This document shows positions 42,708 through 55,993 of a stretch of 64,000 bases of DNA, in pieces (position 1 is the first letter of the stretch; every line of letters starts with the position of its first letter). This stretch comes from Dimorphilus gyrociliatus. Its lineage: Eukaryota; Animalia; Annelida. Under the pieces are notes generated by a model. It was not told where the DNA came from and searched no databases. It saw nothing but the letters and a program-made list of their open reading frames with translations. The DNA is taken from contig CAJFCJ010000006.1 of the NCBI GenBank assembly GCA_904063045.1, positions 4,108,408-4,172,407 on the forward strand, given 5' to 3'. A program made the translations under genes and the position numbers.

Positions 42708-45700
42708 TTAGAAGTTGTCATATAAATGACAAAAGTTCGGATTTCCTTTGATTCTGGAAACTCTATGGCAACTCTTATCAATAGTTCTGCTTAAACCTGG
42801 TGGTCCGCATGAGAAAACTCCAATTTGTTTGCAATTCATAGCAGATAGTGCGATATTGTTGAATAGTTTTTCAAAATTGGGTCTGCCAAAATGAGTTCTT
42901 GCTTTTAAGCCCGTTATAAGACTTTTGTTGGTACTTTTTCTTGCAGCATCCTCGCAAACGAACTATCGAAAGGACAAAGAAGATTGATTAATAACATTAA
43001 TTATTAACTTGTAAAGAGAGAAAGAGGAAGAGCTAAAGTAAATCTATAAAATCCCTTACAAGGAAAGAAGTTCTCAGATCGTATTGGTCGTAAAATTGAG
43101 TAATGAATATGTTAATATCAAGAATATTCTTAACGTCATTCTCCTCACATTCCTTAAACATGTCGAGGATCCATTCAGATTGATATTGAGATGACGTAAC
43201 CCAAATAATATGCACTTTTTTACACTTGATATGCTGACCAAGTTTAGACTTGTATACGAGATCCTTAATGACTGATGAATAGGGCGTTATTCCCACGCCA
43301 CCAGCAATCAAGACGCATACTTCGTGTCCTTTCCAATATTCGTGAGGCCCTCCGTAAGGGCCATCAACTATAACTGGCGGATATTCACTTGAATCGCAAT
43401 CGAATATAACCGGTAATTGATAAGTCCATGGTCCAACAGATCTAATATGTAAATGTATAGTTGGTTCATGAGGAGCTGAACTTATTGTAAAAGGATGATA
43501 AGATTCTCCAATTTTTGGACAATTAAGATAAACGTATTGTCCTGATCTGTAGGAAAAGTTCGGTGGCTTTTTGATCTCTAATTTAAGGACGTCTGTTAAA
43601 CAAAACATTCAAAAGAGAATTATAAACAAAGATGTCATTTTCAATTACAATTTCAATATTTATTCGTAACCCTTACTTGATGGCAGATGGTCGCATTTTA
43701 ATACCATTGTCGCCCTCTGACGTTTTGTTAGAGCAACTGTCTTGTCAAGTGCAAATATGATTGCTGGTCCACTAGAGAATGAATATCATAAAAATTAATA
43801 AAATTTATGTGAGCAATTACGCGTATTTTATCAAATTACCATAAATAATAGGGAAAATAAGGATTTTGAACTATCTTACTTACACCGTGGAGTATAGTAA
43901 GAAAATATAATAAATAGATAAGCTTATGAGTATTCCAGAAGAGGGCAAAGCAATGTCTCCTTACTGGAGTTACTGCAAAGATATAGATAATAGATACGAT
44001 AATGCATAAAAGAATTCCAGTTATTCCAATTAAATTTTCGAACAACCAAAATTTCATTGCAGTTTCAAGATTATCTTTGAAGACTAATTCATCAAATACA
44101 CATAGGGCGTCAAACGGTTGAGTTGCTAAATTATATAAGTTAAAGCAATAGCCCAAAACGTGCATGATTGTAAAATAAACTGCTGTCCAGGCGCAAACCT
44201 TATGAAATGGAACTGCACTATCAATTGGCAGGAAATGCCGTACAAACGTATCTCTAAGAAATGTTAAAGTATTCCTGCACATAGTCAAAGGTAATAAACA
44301 ATAAGTAAAGCTCATTGCGGCAGCGGCACCCCTTGTAACACAAATTCCATAGCTCATTATATTCAATAATCCCTTATGTTTCTCCGAAACAAGATAATAG
44401 TAGAATCTTTCAGCAAAGACTACAGCAGTAACACCAAAAAATAGTAAGAGGTAGAAGATATGTTGTCGTTTATTCTCAATAAAATGTCTAAAACGTATAA
44501 ATGTACGTTTGGTGTACTTCATACGTATAGTTGAATATACAACAGATCTAAATCTTTCTTCCAGCGTTTTAGATTTATCGCTTATCAATGATTTTGATCT
44601 CATTCTCCTATGTAAACCACTTTTCTTATTCTTATCTAATAAGGTTAAACTAGCATTTGTTAAATTTGGAAAAACCTCTTGAAATTCTTGAATTGTAACA
44701 TCTGTCTTATCTTGACCAAATAATTCAACTACTAAATTGTTTGTCTCCTCCTCATCTACTTCTCTTGCAACCGACAACTCCATTAAGGATTTTATTAAAC
44801 TTTTTAATTCATCTTGCGTTAAACAACCATCACTATCGTAATCGTACATATCGAACAAAACCTTCATTTTTTCAGGATTCGTTTCGTCGCATAATACACT
44901 TATTAAGTCTAATATACAGCTTAAACTTAGAAATTCTCCACCATCCGAATCGTTGCAATTACCACCAAATCTAAATAGACGCTTTATAAATTCGCAATCA
45001 GCTCTCATGCCTAAATTTTCGGCAAGTTCACTCCTACAAAGGTGCATTCTCTCCTTTACATCGTTCGAAACTCCCGTTTCTTCTAAATCTTTCATAAAGC
45101 AATTTTTAAATGCTATAGTTAAAGTTCGTTTTCTTTCCTCGTTACTAATAAACGTATCGAATACTTTCGACATTGCAACTTGAACATACGAAAATTCCAT
45201 ATTAGGAAATTCTTTTAGCTTTGCTTTGAACGATTCAACCAATTCTCTTCTTTGTTCTAAAGATTCGAATAATAAATAAACATCATTACAAGTGAATGAT
45301 TTTAAATATAATCCGCAATGGCCGTAAGTATTAGTCTCTGTTAGACATATTTGATCGTGTCCAACATTAATGGCAATCTTTCTAACCAACTTCCTCTTTT
45401 CATTATATAATTTCATCTCTAATTGCTTGTCACTGTTTAATAATAAATTAATAGTGACTGGTCTCTGATGTTGTTGATTGACGCATTCGTAACCGTCCAA
45501 TTGTCCAATACCCCTTATAGATTTCTCAATCTCTATCATTTTATTAATATTTCTCGCCTTAGATCTTTTAAAATATTTAACTAAGACAAAAGCAATGAAA
45601 CCAAGAATAAAGGGAAATGTGAATAGAAAGGCAAAAGAGATAATATAATAGATTTCACTATTCTTAAAGTAATCGTAATTTTCATGCTGGAAGCATTTTT

Positions 45701-48095
45701 CAAGTTTTTCAGATATAAGTATCTCCTGTTGAGGACAGGGATCACTGGTATTAAAATAGAAAACATTTTCCTGATAGTCTTTATCGTCTAAACCATTTGA
45801 CACTTGAGCTAAAATATCGCTAAATTTTAATGATTTTATCTTTTCAATTTCGTCATTGTCGAATAAATGATTATCTTTATTTTCGAACCAAAATCTATCG
45901 CCATTTCTTAATCTTAAAAATTGATCTTTTATTATTGTTTTAAAAGTGTTACCAATTTCACCAGAATTACCATTCTCCAACAATGCACCAACAACAGTAT
46001 CAAAATGATCAAAATTACCATTGTATGTAGCATTTAATACATCATATACATCCAATCGGTTAATGTTTTGAAGGAAGCTTCTAAAATCCTTATACTGTGT
46101 AAGATTTAATGACTTTTTTATGTGATTAAAATCTGTGAGACCTATATCTCTAGCTAATAATATTGATATAGTCAATGCATCCTGACGAGAGCTGTGTAAA
46201 GGACCATGCCAACAGTTTATAACGTCCTCGACAAATTTATCATCTAGTTTTTCAGCTATTTGTGAACACATTCCAAGTAAAATATTCTCTAATCCTTTTT
46301 GATTTATTAAATTTTGGGAATCCCAATAGGTATTGCAAAAACGCTGGGGTTTACCTATAAGATTGCATTTATTATCCCTTATAATAAAGGCAGTTGGCAG
46401 CATATTTAACCAGAATCTTATAGCTACTGCAAAATCATTTGTAACCTCGTTAATTTTCTCTCCATCGTACGCTTCGTATGCCGGTACAGGCTCATTTAAT
46501 AAAGCAGGTAGCCATTCATAGAATATAACATTTTGCAATGCTGCTATTGTTCTTATTCTGGCCCCTTGAAATAGATCTTCGTCCGACCAATTCGAATGAG
46601 CAGTTTCTAAACGTCGTGCAACTAAATTATGGTAACGAAACCATACAATTGAAATAGCCAATAGTGGAGGATTCTCATGACCATTCCTATTACCGATAGC
46701 TATCGAAAGAATTAAAGGGCTTTTAATAAAGAAAATGAAATTCTCTCTCTCTCTCTCTGTTTTTTTTGGACACTGAGCTTTGAAGATTAAAAAAAAATAA
46801 ATCAATTTTGATAACCTAAAGAGAGTTGGATAAGTTTATATAAAAAAAAATCCAATGAAATATAATTGCTTTATTCTCTCGATAACGTAGTTTTGTTTTG
46901 ACAACAGCAATAGCTATTTACGAAGGTCTATTACCTTTATAAAAAGGTAAGTGTACCTTGGAACAGTGGAAGGGTTTAATATTAAAGTTTTGTTGTCTTC
47001 AATAATTCTTCAATTGATAATAGTAAAGGCCAATCACTGCTAACAAGGTTAAGATTTCCATTTATAAAAAATACTAGTTAAGAGCCTATAATTGATTGAA
47101 AGATATGAATATTAATATATTTTACTTAGGTATTGTACAGTTGGTATTTGTGGTTTTTTTTTGTTTTAGCCCAGTGCCAAATTATTTAATGTTAACAGGA
47201 AGAAATATATTCAAAGTTATAAAGTTAATTACCCCATAAGGCAGATAGTTTCGATTTGATTTTTGTCCGATAGGATTCACGATTTCGTAAGGGTATACCT
47301 TTTACATTCAGACAAGGTTCTCCAAATTTTTCTTCGCAGAGTCTCCCTCCTTTATATTCTCGAAGACAGTTATTCCATATTTCATACGAACCATAGATAG
47401 CACTTCCATCAATCCACGACGTTACCTGATTTGGATGACATCTTGTATGATAGCGAAAGGATTTGTAGTGAACTCGGATATATGGCAAGTATTTAAAGTT
47501 TGAAGCGTAAAGTTTATCGTTTTTGGCTAATTTGATCTTTTCCACTTCATTCGGGCAAGAATTTTCATCAATATCCACAATCTCGTTTTGAACAAATTGT
47601 GCTGTTATTTATACAATTATATAAAAGTATTAACAAAAGCTTATACTAAAAGTTCCATATAGATTACAACTCACAGAATATAGCGAATAGTAAAGTTCGA
47701 TTTCTAACATCTAAAGTTCCAGAGTTTGTTTGAAAAATAGCATTTGAAATTAAACGAGGATTAGGTTCACTAATATCCCGTTCCTCTTCGTTAATATGCG
47801 CTTTCATAAATTTCTTCCAAAGAGGATTTCCTGTATACATAAAACAATAAAGATATTTAATAAATACCCTATAATTAATGAAAAAACTTACCTTTAGATC
47901 CAGAATTAGGTGCAAACAGATTATTATACCAACCGCTAAATGATAAAGTAGCAGCTTTTTCATTTAGTGTTTCCACACTCCAAATATCTATTAAATTTAA
48001 AATAAAATTAGATATATTTACTGATGTGAAACTGCTAAAAAATAATTACCAATTATAAAGAGTAAGAAAAGCAGAGTTGGTGCCCGAAACGGCAT
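42708..48095 (-). CDS. DUOX: Dual oxidase (peroxidase-like domain + EF-hand + NOX ferric reductase/FAD/NADPH domains)
   Basis: The true start is ATG 48095 (MPFRAPTLLFLLFII-D, signal peptide). Then come SFSGWYNNLF, PNPRLISN, RNRTLL, NQVTSWIDGSAIYGS, WFRYHN...WSDEDLFQGAR...YEWLP, RLRNGDRFWFEN and EF-hand FDMYDYDSDGCLTQDEL. The NOX part has RGAAAAMSF, FHK, H..G, FWNTH...LHG, RSGQY, YHPFTISSAPHE, DGPYG, GGVGITPY and GVFSCGPPG, ending HLYDNF* at 42708. About 8 exons. Confidence 0.96.
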
Positions 48096-49014
48096 TTTAC
48101 TGTCAACTGAATATTCTCCGCCAATTATTTTTGGCTCTAAGAAGTTAGTTTATTAAAAGTACTCACTTTTCTTTTTTTTTTTACCAAACAGAGAGAGAGA
48201 GGGGAATGTACTTTAAGTAAGAGTAAAAAACCAAATAAAAACAACTAAAACTAATTATTTTAGTATAGGTGGAGTGTTTTGAAAAAGGATCGGGTTAAGA
48301 TGAAAAGGGAGGGGTAGAAAAATACTGCTCCGTATTGTTTGATATAAAAAGTATCTGTATACACGTTTAGGCGTATTTACAAAAACCAAGGAGGCAGAGA
48401 GTGTAAGATAGATTGATAGATTGATAGATGGGTAGGTAGATAGATATGGAAGAGTTGAGGAAGAGTCAGAAGTGAATGAATGAATGGCTGATTTAATAAT
48501 AAGAAATACTATATAATCTATATATACAAATATAATATAATTAATATATATATCGCATCTAATAGCGTATTAGCGTATTGAATAAATAGTGAACTAAATT
48601 TTACCTCTATTCTTTCTTTCAATTTCGAATTGATTCAAGACTACTATTTTTTATTGTAGTTTAAAAAGTTACTTTTCTCGATAAATGCAATATCGTTTTA
48701 CAGCAGTAGATTGGGACACCTATATAATCTATACACTGTGTACATATTGTATGTAATACTATAATCAATTATTGCTAAGTGTTTGACTGATTTCAATTTA
48801 CTTTAGTTGAGTAATAACTGTTTGATATCTACTCGATAGCCAATTTACATAGAGCAAAAAGGAGCAAACAGTCGCCAGATTGTTAGCAATAATATAGGAC
48901 GCCCCAAAAATACTTCTTCCCTTTTAAAGGGTATGTATATTCGTATCGTGATTATGCTTGTATAGCTTAGGAGAAAATGAACGTTTTTAAAGGATATTTT
49001 TTCTTCGTTAGATC

Positions 49015-50263
49015 ATGACTTGGTTTGACGCTTTTAGGAGTCATAAGGAGCCTAGTTGGTTCGAACTCAAGGATGTTGAAATGGTCGATGTAAAATTTCT
49101 TGCAATCATACTAGTTGGATCTTTGTCAGCTGTAGCAATAATAATGTTGGTTATTGGGACAAAGGGAAAAGAGGTTTATGAAGTGATTTATAATTTTGTT
49201 CTAAATAGCATTGAATTTTAATTATATTATAGAAGTGGATGACATTTCTTAAAGCTTTTCTATCATTATTTTGTGGAAGTGCTATTCTCAGTAAGATCCG
49301 TTAATTAGCTAAAGTAACTATTTCTATTGTAAATTGTTTAACTAAAACGGTTTTTTTGGTCACTTTCTACCTTTACAGTATCGCTAACTAGTAATTGTTG
49401 GATGACGGGAAGAGTTAAAGCGGTTGGTCAGTATATACCTATGTGCGATCTGTTAAATGTCGATGGAAGCGTAACAGTATCGGTTGGCCTTAAAATGGTT
49501 GATGTTCGATTGAAGGGCAAAGTAAAAATGGGTGAAGATGTTTCTGATATTGTAGATCATAGAGAAACAATAACGTGGAAATCTGGTATTATAAAAAATT
49601 AATTAATTATATAAAATTCTTTCTGTATCTTTATAATTAAAACGATTATAAAATTTTCCCACTTATTAGTTGAAGATCCCAGTTTGCTGTATTTAAGTGC
49701 CTATAGTAATTCGAAACCGGTTGCAATTATTAAAATTCTTGAATACTTTAGCATTGATGCGGGAGAATTAAGATGGATGAGAGATATAAGATTAGCTGGT
49801 AATTTCGTAAGGGTGCTAATTTGGAGTTCTCTTGTTTCCTGGCTCATGGCTAATATTTATTTAGTTTATATTTTAAAATATGGAACATTTATGGGAACAT
49901 TAACTGGTATACTGATGTCAGGATCATGTTGCTTATATCATCTACTGCAGCCAAGACATGAACTACTCCTACCTGTAGATGGAACTATAGTGGGGTTGCA
50001 ATATGGTTGGTGCTATTGGTTTACCCTAAGTGCAGGTAATAAAAAAAATATATAGTGCATTCTATTAATTACGTAATAAATTACTAATAAGAAAATTGTT
50101 TTTTCTCCTCTTTTTCTTCTTTGCAACTATAGGTATCTTAACTCTTATTTGTTGTGTAATTGCGCAAATATTTTGGGCAATTTATCCTTACAAATCACAT
50201 ATGTGGATGTCGATGTATGAACAAGTACTTGTAAAAGAAGCTGAAAATTTTGAAAAGGATTAA
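49015..50263 (+). CDS. DUOXA: Dual oxidase maturation factor
   Basis: Five exons join in frame by hand: MTWFDAFRS...; GRVKAVGQY..VSVGL..V.V.LKG...ETITW; KPVAIIKILEYFSID.GELRW.RDIRLAG.F...LIWSSLVSWLMANI; ...LQYGWCYWFTLSAG-ILTL. These fit DUOXA/NIP motifs, and the gene is head-to-head with DUOX. Confidence 0.88.
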
Positions 50264-50902
50264 CAATACTAAGAGTTAACAGAATAATATTAATATTATA
50301 AAAGTTTTAAAGAGAGAAAAATAATAATATTATTAATAATAAAGACAAAATATTAAAAATCAGGCATGCATACATACGTACATACATACATTCATAACAT
50401 ACATTCATATTGTATATATAAACAGAAAACAGGAAAAACAAGGACAAAATATAAGCGTTAAACTTTAAAGAAAAATAATTTATATGTAAAGATATGACTT
50501 CATCTTTGTTTCTTCAGTAAACAGAGAAAAAGTATAAATTTCTGTCTCTTTTTTTTATTGCTACTATTTTAGTTGATAAATTAAGGTATTGTAAACAATA
50601 AACATTCTGTATTTATCGTTTTATGTGCGGCTCTATCAAACTACTATAATATATATATGTGGAGAAAAAGGGAGGGGGATGGGATGGGAGGATTGGGTTG
50701 GAGAGAGAATGAGAGAGAGAGAGAGATAAAAAGTGACTTGTATGTACAATCAGGTCAATAGTTTATTTTTTTTACGATTTTAGAATTCTTTTTAATAAAC
50801 CATTTTTAAATCTTAGCTATTAAAAATATTGTTTTTTTTTTCTATTTTCTAAAAATAGAACAGTACTTAAAGACCTTAATTATGTAATCGCCATATTTAT
50901 TG

Positions 50903-53900
50903 CTAGCTCGATGAAACTATATTTGATAATCTATCGTTTTGTAATGTTTGGCTTTGGGAAGTAACTGAAGCACACTTTGGACTTATTGAAGATGTTTCAA
51001 CCTCCATACTCTTTAATATACTTTCCATCCTTCTCTCTATTGTTATATAAACAAAGAAGATTGTTAGACAGATAACCGCAACCGTAATGACGATTGTAAC
51101 TAATATTGAATGCCAAGCTGTATGGTTATTCTCTTTTGCCTTTATCTCAAAACTAGGTCCTTGGCAAGTACCTTGAGAGAATTTGTTATTACATTTTCTC
51201 ATCCTTATTAAATGGTTATCTTTACATTTATAACGATTGGGTAATTTACATTCTCTATACTGTTGCCAAGGATACCATTCACTGTTTGTTGACCGAAAGC
51301 ATATAGTTTTGAGACTTTGAGAGCAGTTGATTGTTTGATAAACGATCTCCATATTACCCATTATGAATATAGTAGAACAATCAAGATCAATGGCATTATA
51401 ATTAGATTTTAATGTTTTTTCTACTTGATAAGATCTTCTTGTACTTTTACCAGATCCTATCCATACCTCAGTTCGATCAATGACGTCATTAAGAAAAGTA
51501 CTTATATTCTTATTAGCTTCAAGTTTACCTAATTTAAGGACAGACATTTTCAATTTTTGACATTCGATAAGTGCTTGTAATCTATTCAATTTTTTATGGA
51601 TAAGGGCAAAACAGTAACTACTTGGTGCATGGAACATAAAAGAGACACTGGTATTGATCTTAGTTTTGGTAATATTGCAAAAAGTAGCGGATTTAAGATA
51701 AATATTCATATTTTGTCTATCATAATTGAATAAATGATGAACGTTACATATTGAACCGATAAATGAACATATTCCATTCCTTATGAAAATTCCATTACAT
51801 AAATCATCCTTGATACATTCATTTTGGCAAATTTTCTTTGGCAGTAGTAGTGATCGTCTCTGGATGGATTTTGAATTGGTAAAAGAGCATATATCTCTCC
51901 ATTCCCTTAAATTTGTGTTTATAAAAGAGAAATCAATGTTATCAACAACTTCAGATTCTGATTTATTTGAGTATTCTATATAGTTTTTTGTATTACAATA
52001 AATACTGTTCTTTTGAAATATCTTAAGGGGTTCTGGATTATTACATTTTCTAATCCTTTTACTATTTGATTGAACCCAATTTGACCATTCTCCTAAAATA
52101 TTTCTGTAGCAAATAGCTATTAGCCTATTTTTACACAACATCTGGTGAACTCTGACTAAAATTCCATGTTTATTGAAAACAGCAGCAAAACAGAGATCAC
52201 TCACTCCATTAACTTCGTTAATGACCAAAGGGATATGACTAGAGACTTCGTTTTGATCTTTGAGATTTGAAATCCATTTTAATGATTGGTTTGTTAGCCC
52301 AATACCCAACCAAACAAAGGTCTCATCCTCTACAAATATATATTTCATTAAATTTTGCTTACCAATACTGAAATTTGACTTTGTTTCAACTCTTAATAGA
52401 TCCATATTCATTGTTGAGCATTGTTTATTAGCCGAATCGAATGTTTGATTAAACAAAATCGTAATGCAGACGCCATTTGATAGATAGTAAAAAGAAAGGT
52501 TACTAGAATCCATAGGGCAAAGGGTTGGTTGTTTAATATAGATATATATCTTAGGTAAAACATAAGAATGTTTAATATGATTTTGATTACAATTATAAAC
52601 CTTCTTTATCTTTTTGCAAATGTATTTATCATTGAAAGTTGGATAATACATAATTGTTGTGCAGCTTTCTATTTTGCTACATCTCTCTAAGCAGTCTTCT
52701 AAAGAGTTCGCTTCAGTTTTATATGAGCCTAGTATATTTGGAGGGGGGCAGCGCTTTTTCCAAAATCTACTTCCGGGCTCATAGAGAATATATGTAAAAT
52801 TATAATTATAATTCCTTAGAAAACTATATAAAATACGACTTTGTATAAGATTTTGCGGTCTATATTGTTTGTTTCTTAGACAATTAATCATTAATTCAGT
52901 TATCATACCATTCTCGTCCGAACAACTACTTCCTTTCACCAAAAGAGGATTTAAAGTAAGAAAATGTGTTACTCTCCAAAATGAGTTTAATCTACTTATT
53001 GTTGGAAAATCTGATAAAATAGTCCAATTCTCATAGTTATTTTTAACTTTACTATATGTAGGCATCTAGATAAAGAATAAAAAATCCATTAGCAACAAAA
53101 GAAGGAGGAAGAAAGAAATAGAGTAAAATAGTTTTATCAACTATTCTTTAACATTACTTTATCTTCTTGCTTTTCCATATTAAAGGATCGGCAGAAAACT
53201 GTATGTAGCATCTTTTTATGCCTTACACTTTGAAGTCCTTTTAAGATGCATATTGGTAAAAGATTGTCTATATTTGACTTAACAATTCCAGTTATAGTTC
53301 TGCTACTTAAATGAATAATTTCTAATAATAAATATCGATCCGTAGTATAAAAGTATTGTTTTTTCGTCAAAGGATCAGTCCATATAGGGTCTTTTGTATA
53401 CAATTTTCCTATTGTCTTCAAATGTAGAATATATGTAAGAAAACCACGAATAATTATTTCCTGAAAATTTTTTGCTTCCGGATGAGATATACCGGAAGTA
53501 GATATTTTTTTCTTAAAAGTTCGAAGAAAATAGGTTTTTTTAGTTATTTCCTTTGTAAAATATATACAGTGTATTTATATAAATATAAAGATACCTTTAT
53601 CGGACTAATACATATTGCGAAATGTTTACCAGCGCAATTTGGAACGCTTTCCCCCGTCATTTTACTCATATCGAATACTTTACATTGCTTTTTTTTAAAT
53701 ATCCAAAATCTACTACGTTCTTGAATAAATAAACTTTGAAATTTAAGATTGTTAAAGAATTGGTGCAATCTCTCCGGTAAATTAAATGATGCTTGAGAAC
53801 AAAACTCTATAGATTCTCTAATTGTCATTGGTGTTGAAGAGATGAAAAAACAATATGGATAAATCATAATAAACATAATATCGCTCTTTGAACTTGTAGC

Positions 53901-55993
53901 TAAGTTTGAACAAAATGTCGTTTTCAAATAGACGAATTGACCTGGTAAAAGGAATGCGTGTTTTCTCCAACTATGACAGTATTTCGTTGATAGTAAACAT
54001 TTTAAAGGTTCTTTATACATTCTGACATTCAATGTAGCAAAAAGGAAAGCAACACAGTGAGTGTTTCGAGTACACAATTGAGCACATTCCGTAAAATTTT
54101 GAACACTTCTGGCATTATTATACTTCCTCTTTAATAAAAGTTGAACAGGGGCGCAAAATAGGTTATCAGTTGGTGAATAAGTTTTATAATTTACAAGAAA
54201 TGGACTACCGTGATAATCTTCATCAAAAAATATAGACGGCCTCAGCTGAATCTTATATTTACTCGAACATTTAATATAAAGAACCATTAGTCTATAATTA
54301 TGTTCCATAAAACATTCTCTACCAGTTAATCTAATTGGCTTAATTGACCAAAAATGAGAAAATGCTTTCGGATTATTAGTCCAAGTAGAAGCCTGAAAAT
54401 ACATTTTCTGTTCATCTATCTCGTTGTCATTTTCAGTTAATAAAACGGATTTATGGTAAACGTAAGTAGATGAAAAAATTTGACAGATGCTTTTCATAAT
54501 TCTTTTGTCACTTTTAGCATTTTTTGGTGGGCAAATGGGACTAGGCTTACTATAAGTATTAGCGTATAAAATACCGCTAATAAAATACTTTTCAGTTTTC
54601 ATATTTTTTTTAATCATTAAGGTTTTATCATTGGAAAGATGATTAATATCATTATCTTCCGGTACTATAGAGTGACTGAGATTAAACGTATCAACAGTAT
54701 AAATAGGTTGTAAAAAGCTTTTTCCTTTTTTAAAATAATCTAACTCCTAATGGAAAAAAAAAAAGAAAATTTTCTATTAATACCTTAAATAATTAATAAG
54801 ATAAAGAGATTACATGATAACTTATGTCAAATCTATTTTTACAGCAAATTGTCCAGATAGAAGATGAAAACGAAGAATACGATGATATTGAATTAAAAGA
54901 GGTAGTTGGATAAAGGGACATGGATAAGGATAAAACTTCCAATTTTACAAAACTATTATTTATAAACTTATAGACGTTTAATTTGTTATTGAAAGTAAAC
55001 CAAACTTTATCGTTTTCTTGAAATATTGATAGAAATATTTTGCCCCTTTGTAACCTCTTATCGAATTGACAAACGAAATAGCCTCTTTCTCCACAATAAT
55101 TAGAAACTGCAGATTGAGGCAAAGTTGGACCAACAATAAAGCATAAATCTATGGAGAAATCGTAATAATATCTAGAATAAAGAAATCTATTACCCGGATT
55201 GCAAAAAGGGAATATTTGCACGTAGAGATGATTTCCCGGAGGTAAGAAACTATGATTAAAATGATCCAAAGAACAATATTTTTCTATTTTAAGGCAACTT
55301 CCTCCCCCTGAGCTTTCTTTATGAAGAAAAGCTGTACAATTTTTCTTACAAGTTTTTGCACATTCTTCAATATTTAATTCATTGTTACTCTTCTTCCTTT
55401 TAACTAGCGAAATCCCTCCTGAAAAGCATTTGTTCCAACTTCCATCCCCGGGAGTATACAATTCAAATTTCCTTCTCTTATCTAAACTTCAATATTCAAA
55501 TATATATACATTTTTATGAATAATTAGAAGTTTAATTATATAAGTAACTGTATCACTTGATAATCTTGTGCGGGTATCGTTTCTTATCGAATGTACATGT
55601 TATTTCTCCAGTTGAGTTCTTAGAATCGCAATTTTTACCGTTAAGATATAGAAACTGACATATTTCTTTACAGCTTAACTGTTTCTTATTGATTTTCCAT
55701 CTATTCGAATTAAAGTGATAGTATGGAAAACCTTTAATGGTTTCTTTATTAGCTATTGTGGTAATATTTAAATTAATAAGCCTATCAGGTGAATATATAT
55801 TTCCATTTGTTCGAATATTGTCTACTGTTGTATAAAATTCACTTTCTTTCTGTAAACTAGGGATTGAGGAGAAGGTAGAATATTTTACTATTCTCCCAAT
55901 TGAGCTTAATATTAAATCCGGATTATTTAGGTCACTATTAATTCTATTAATTAAGCAGTTTATTATTAATAATAAAAAGCTTCTAGCAATCAT
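50903..55993 (-). CDS. ~1600-aa type I membrane protein with repeated PAN/apple + C-type-lectin-like modules and TSP1-like repeats
   Basis: Five ORFs join: 55993-~55557, ~55470-54814, 54746-53595, 53550-53158 and 53065-50903. Three junctions are clean phase-0 GT-AG introns; the first is unresolved. It has an N-terminal signal peptide, PAN-like EECAKTC..C.AF / TECAQLC..C.AF / EDCLERC / ICQNEC motifs, CTL-like A...C....L...VWLGIG segments, TSP1-like WSNW..RKCNNP and WYPW..RMRKCNN..C.GP, and a single TM (ILVTIVITVAVICLTIFFVYITI) with a short tail. Confidence 0.75.

Noticed and set aside
47664-47963. ORF MKKLLLYHLAVGIIICLHLILDLK... as the DUOX signal peptide
   Set aside because: The intron 47891-47831 is 61 nt, so the upstream exon must be read in another frame. 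That frame gives the conserved SGWYNNL motif and joins to a real signal exon at ATG 48095.
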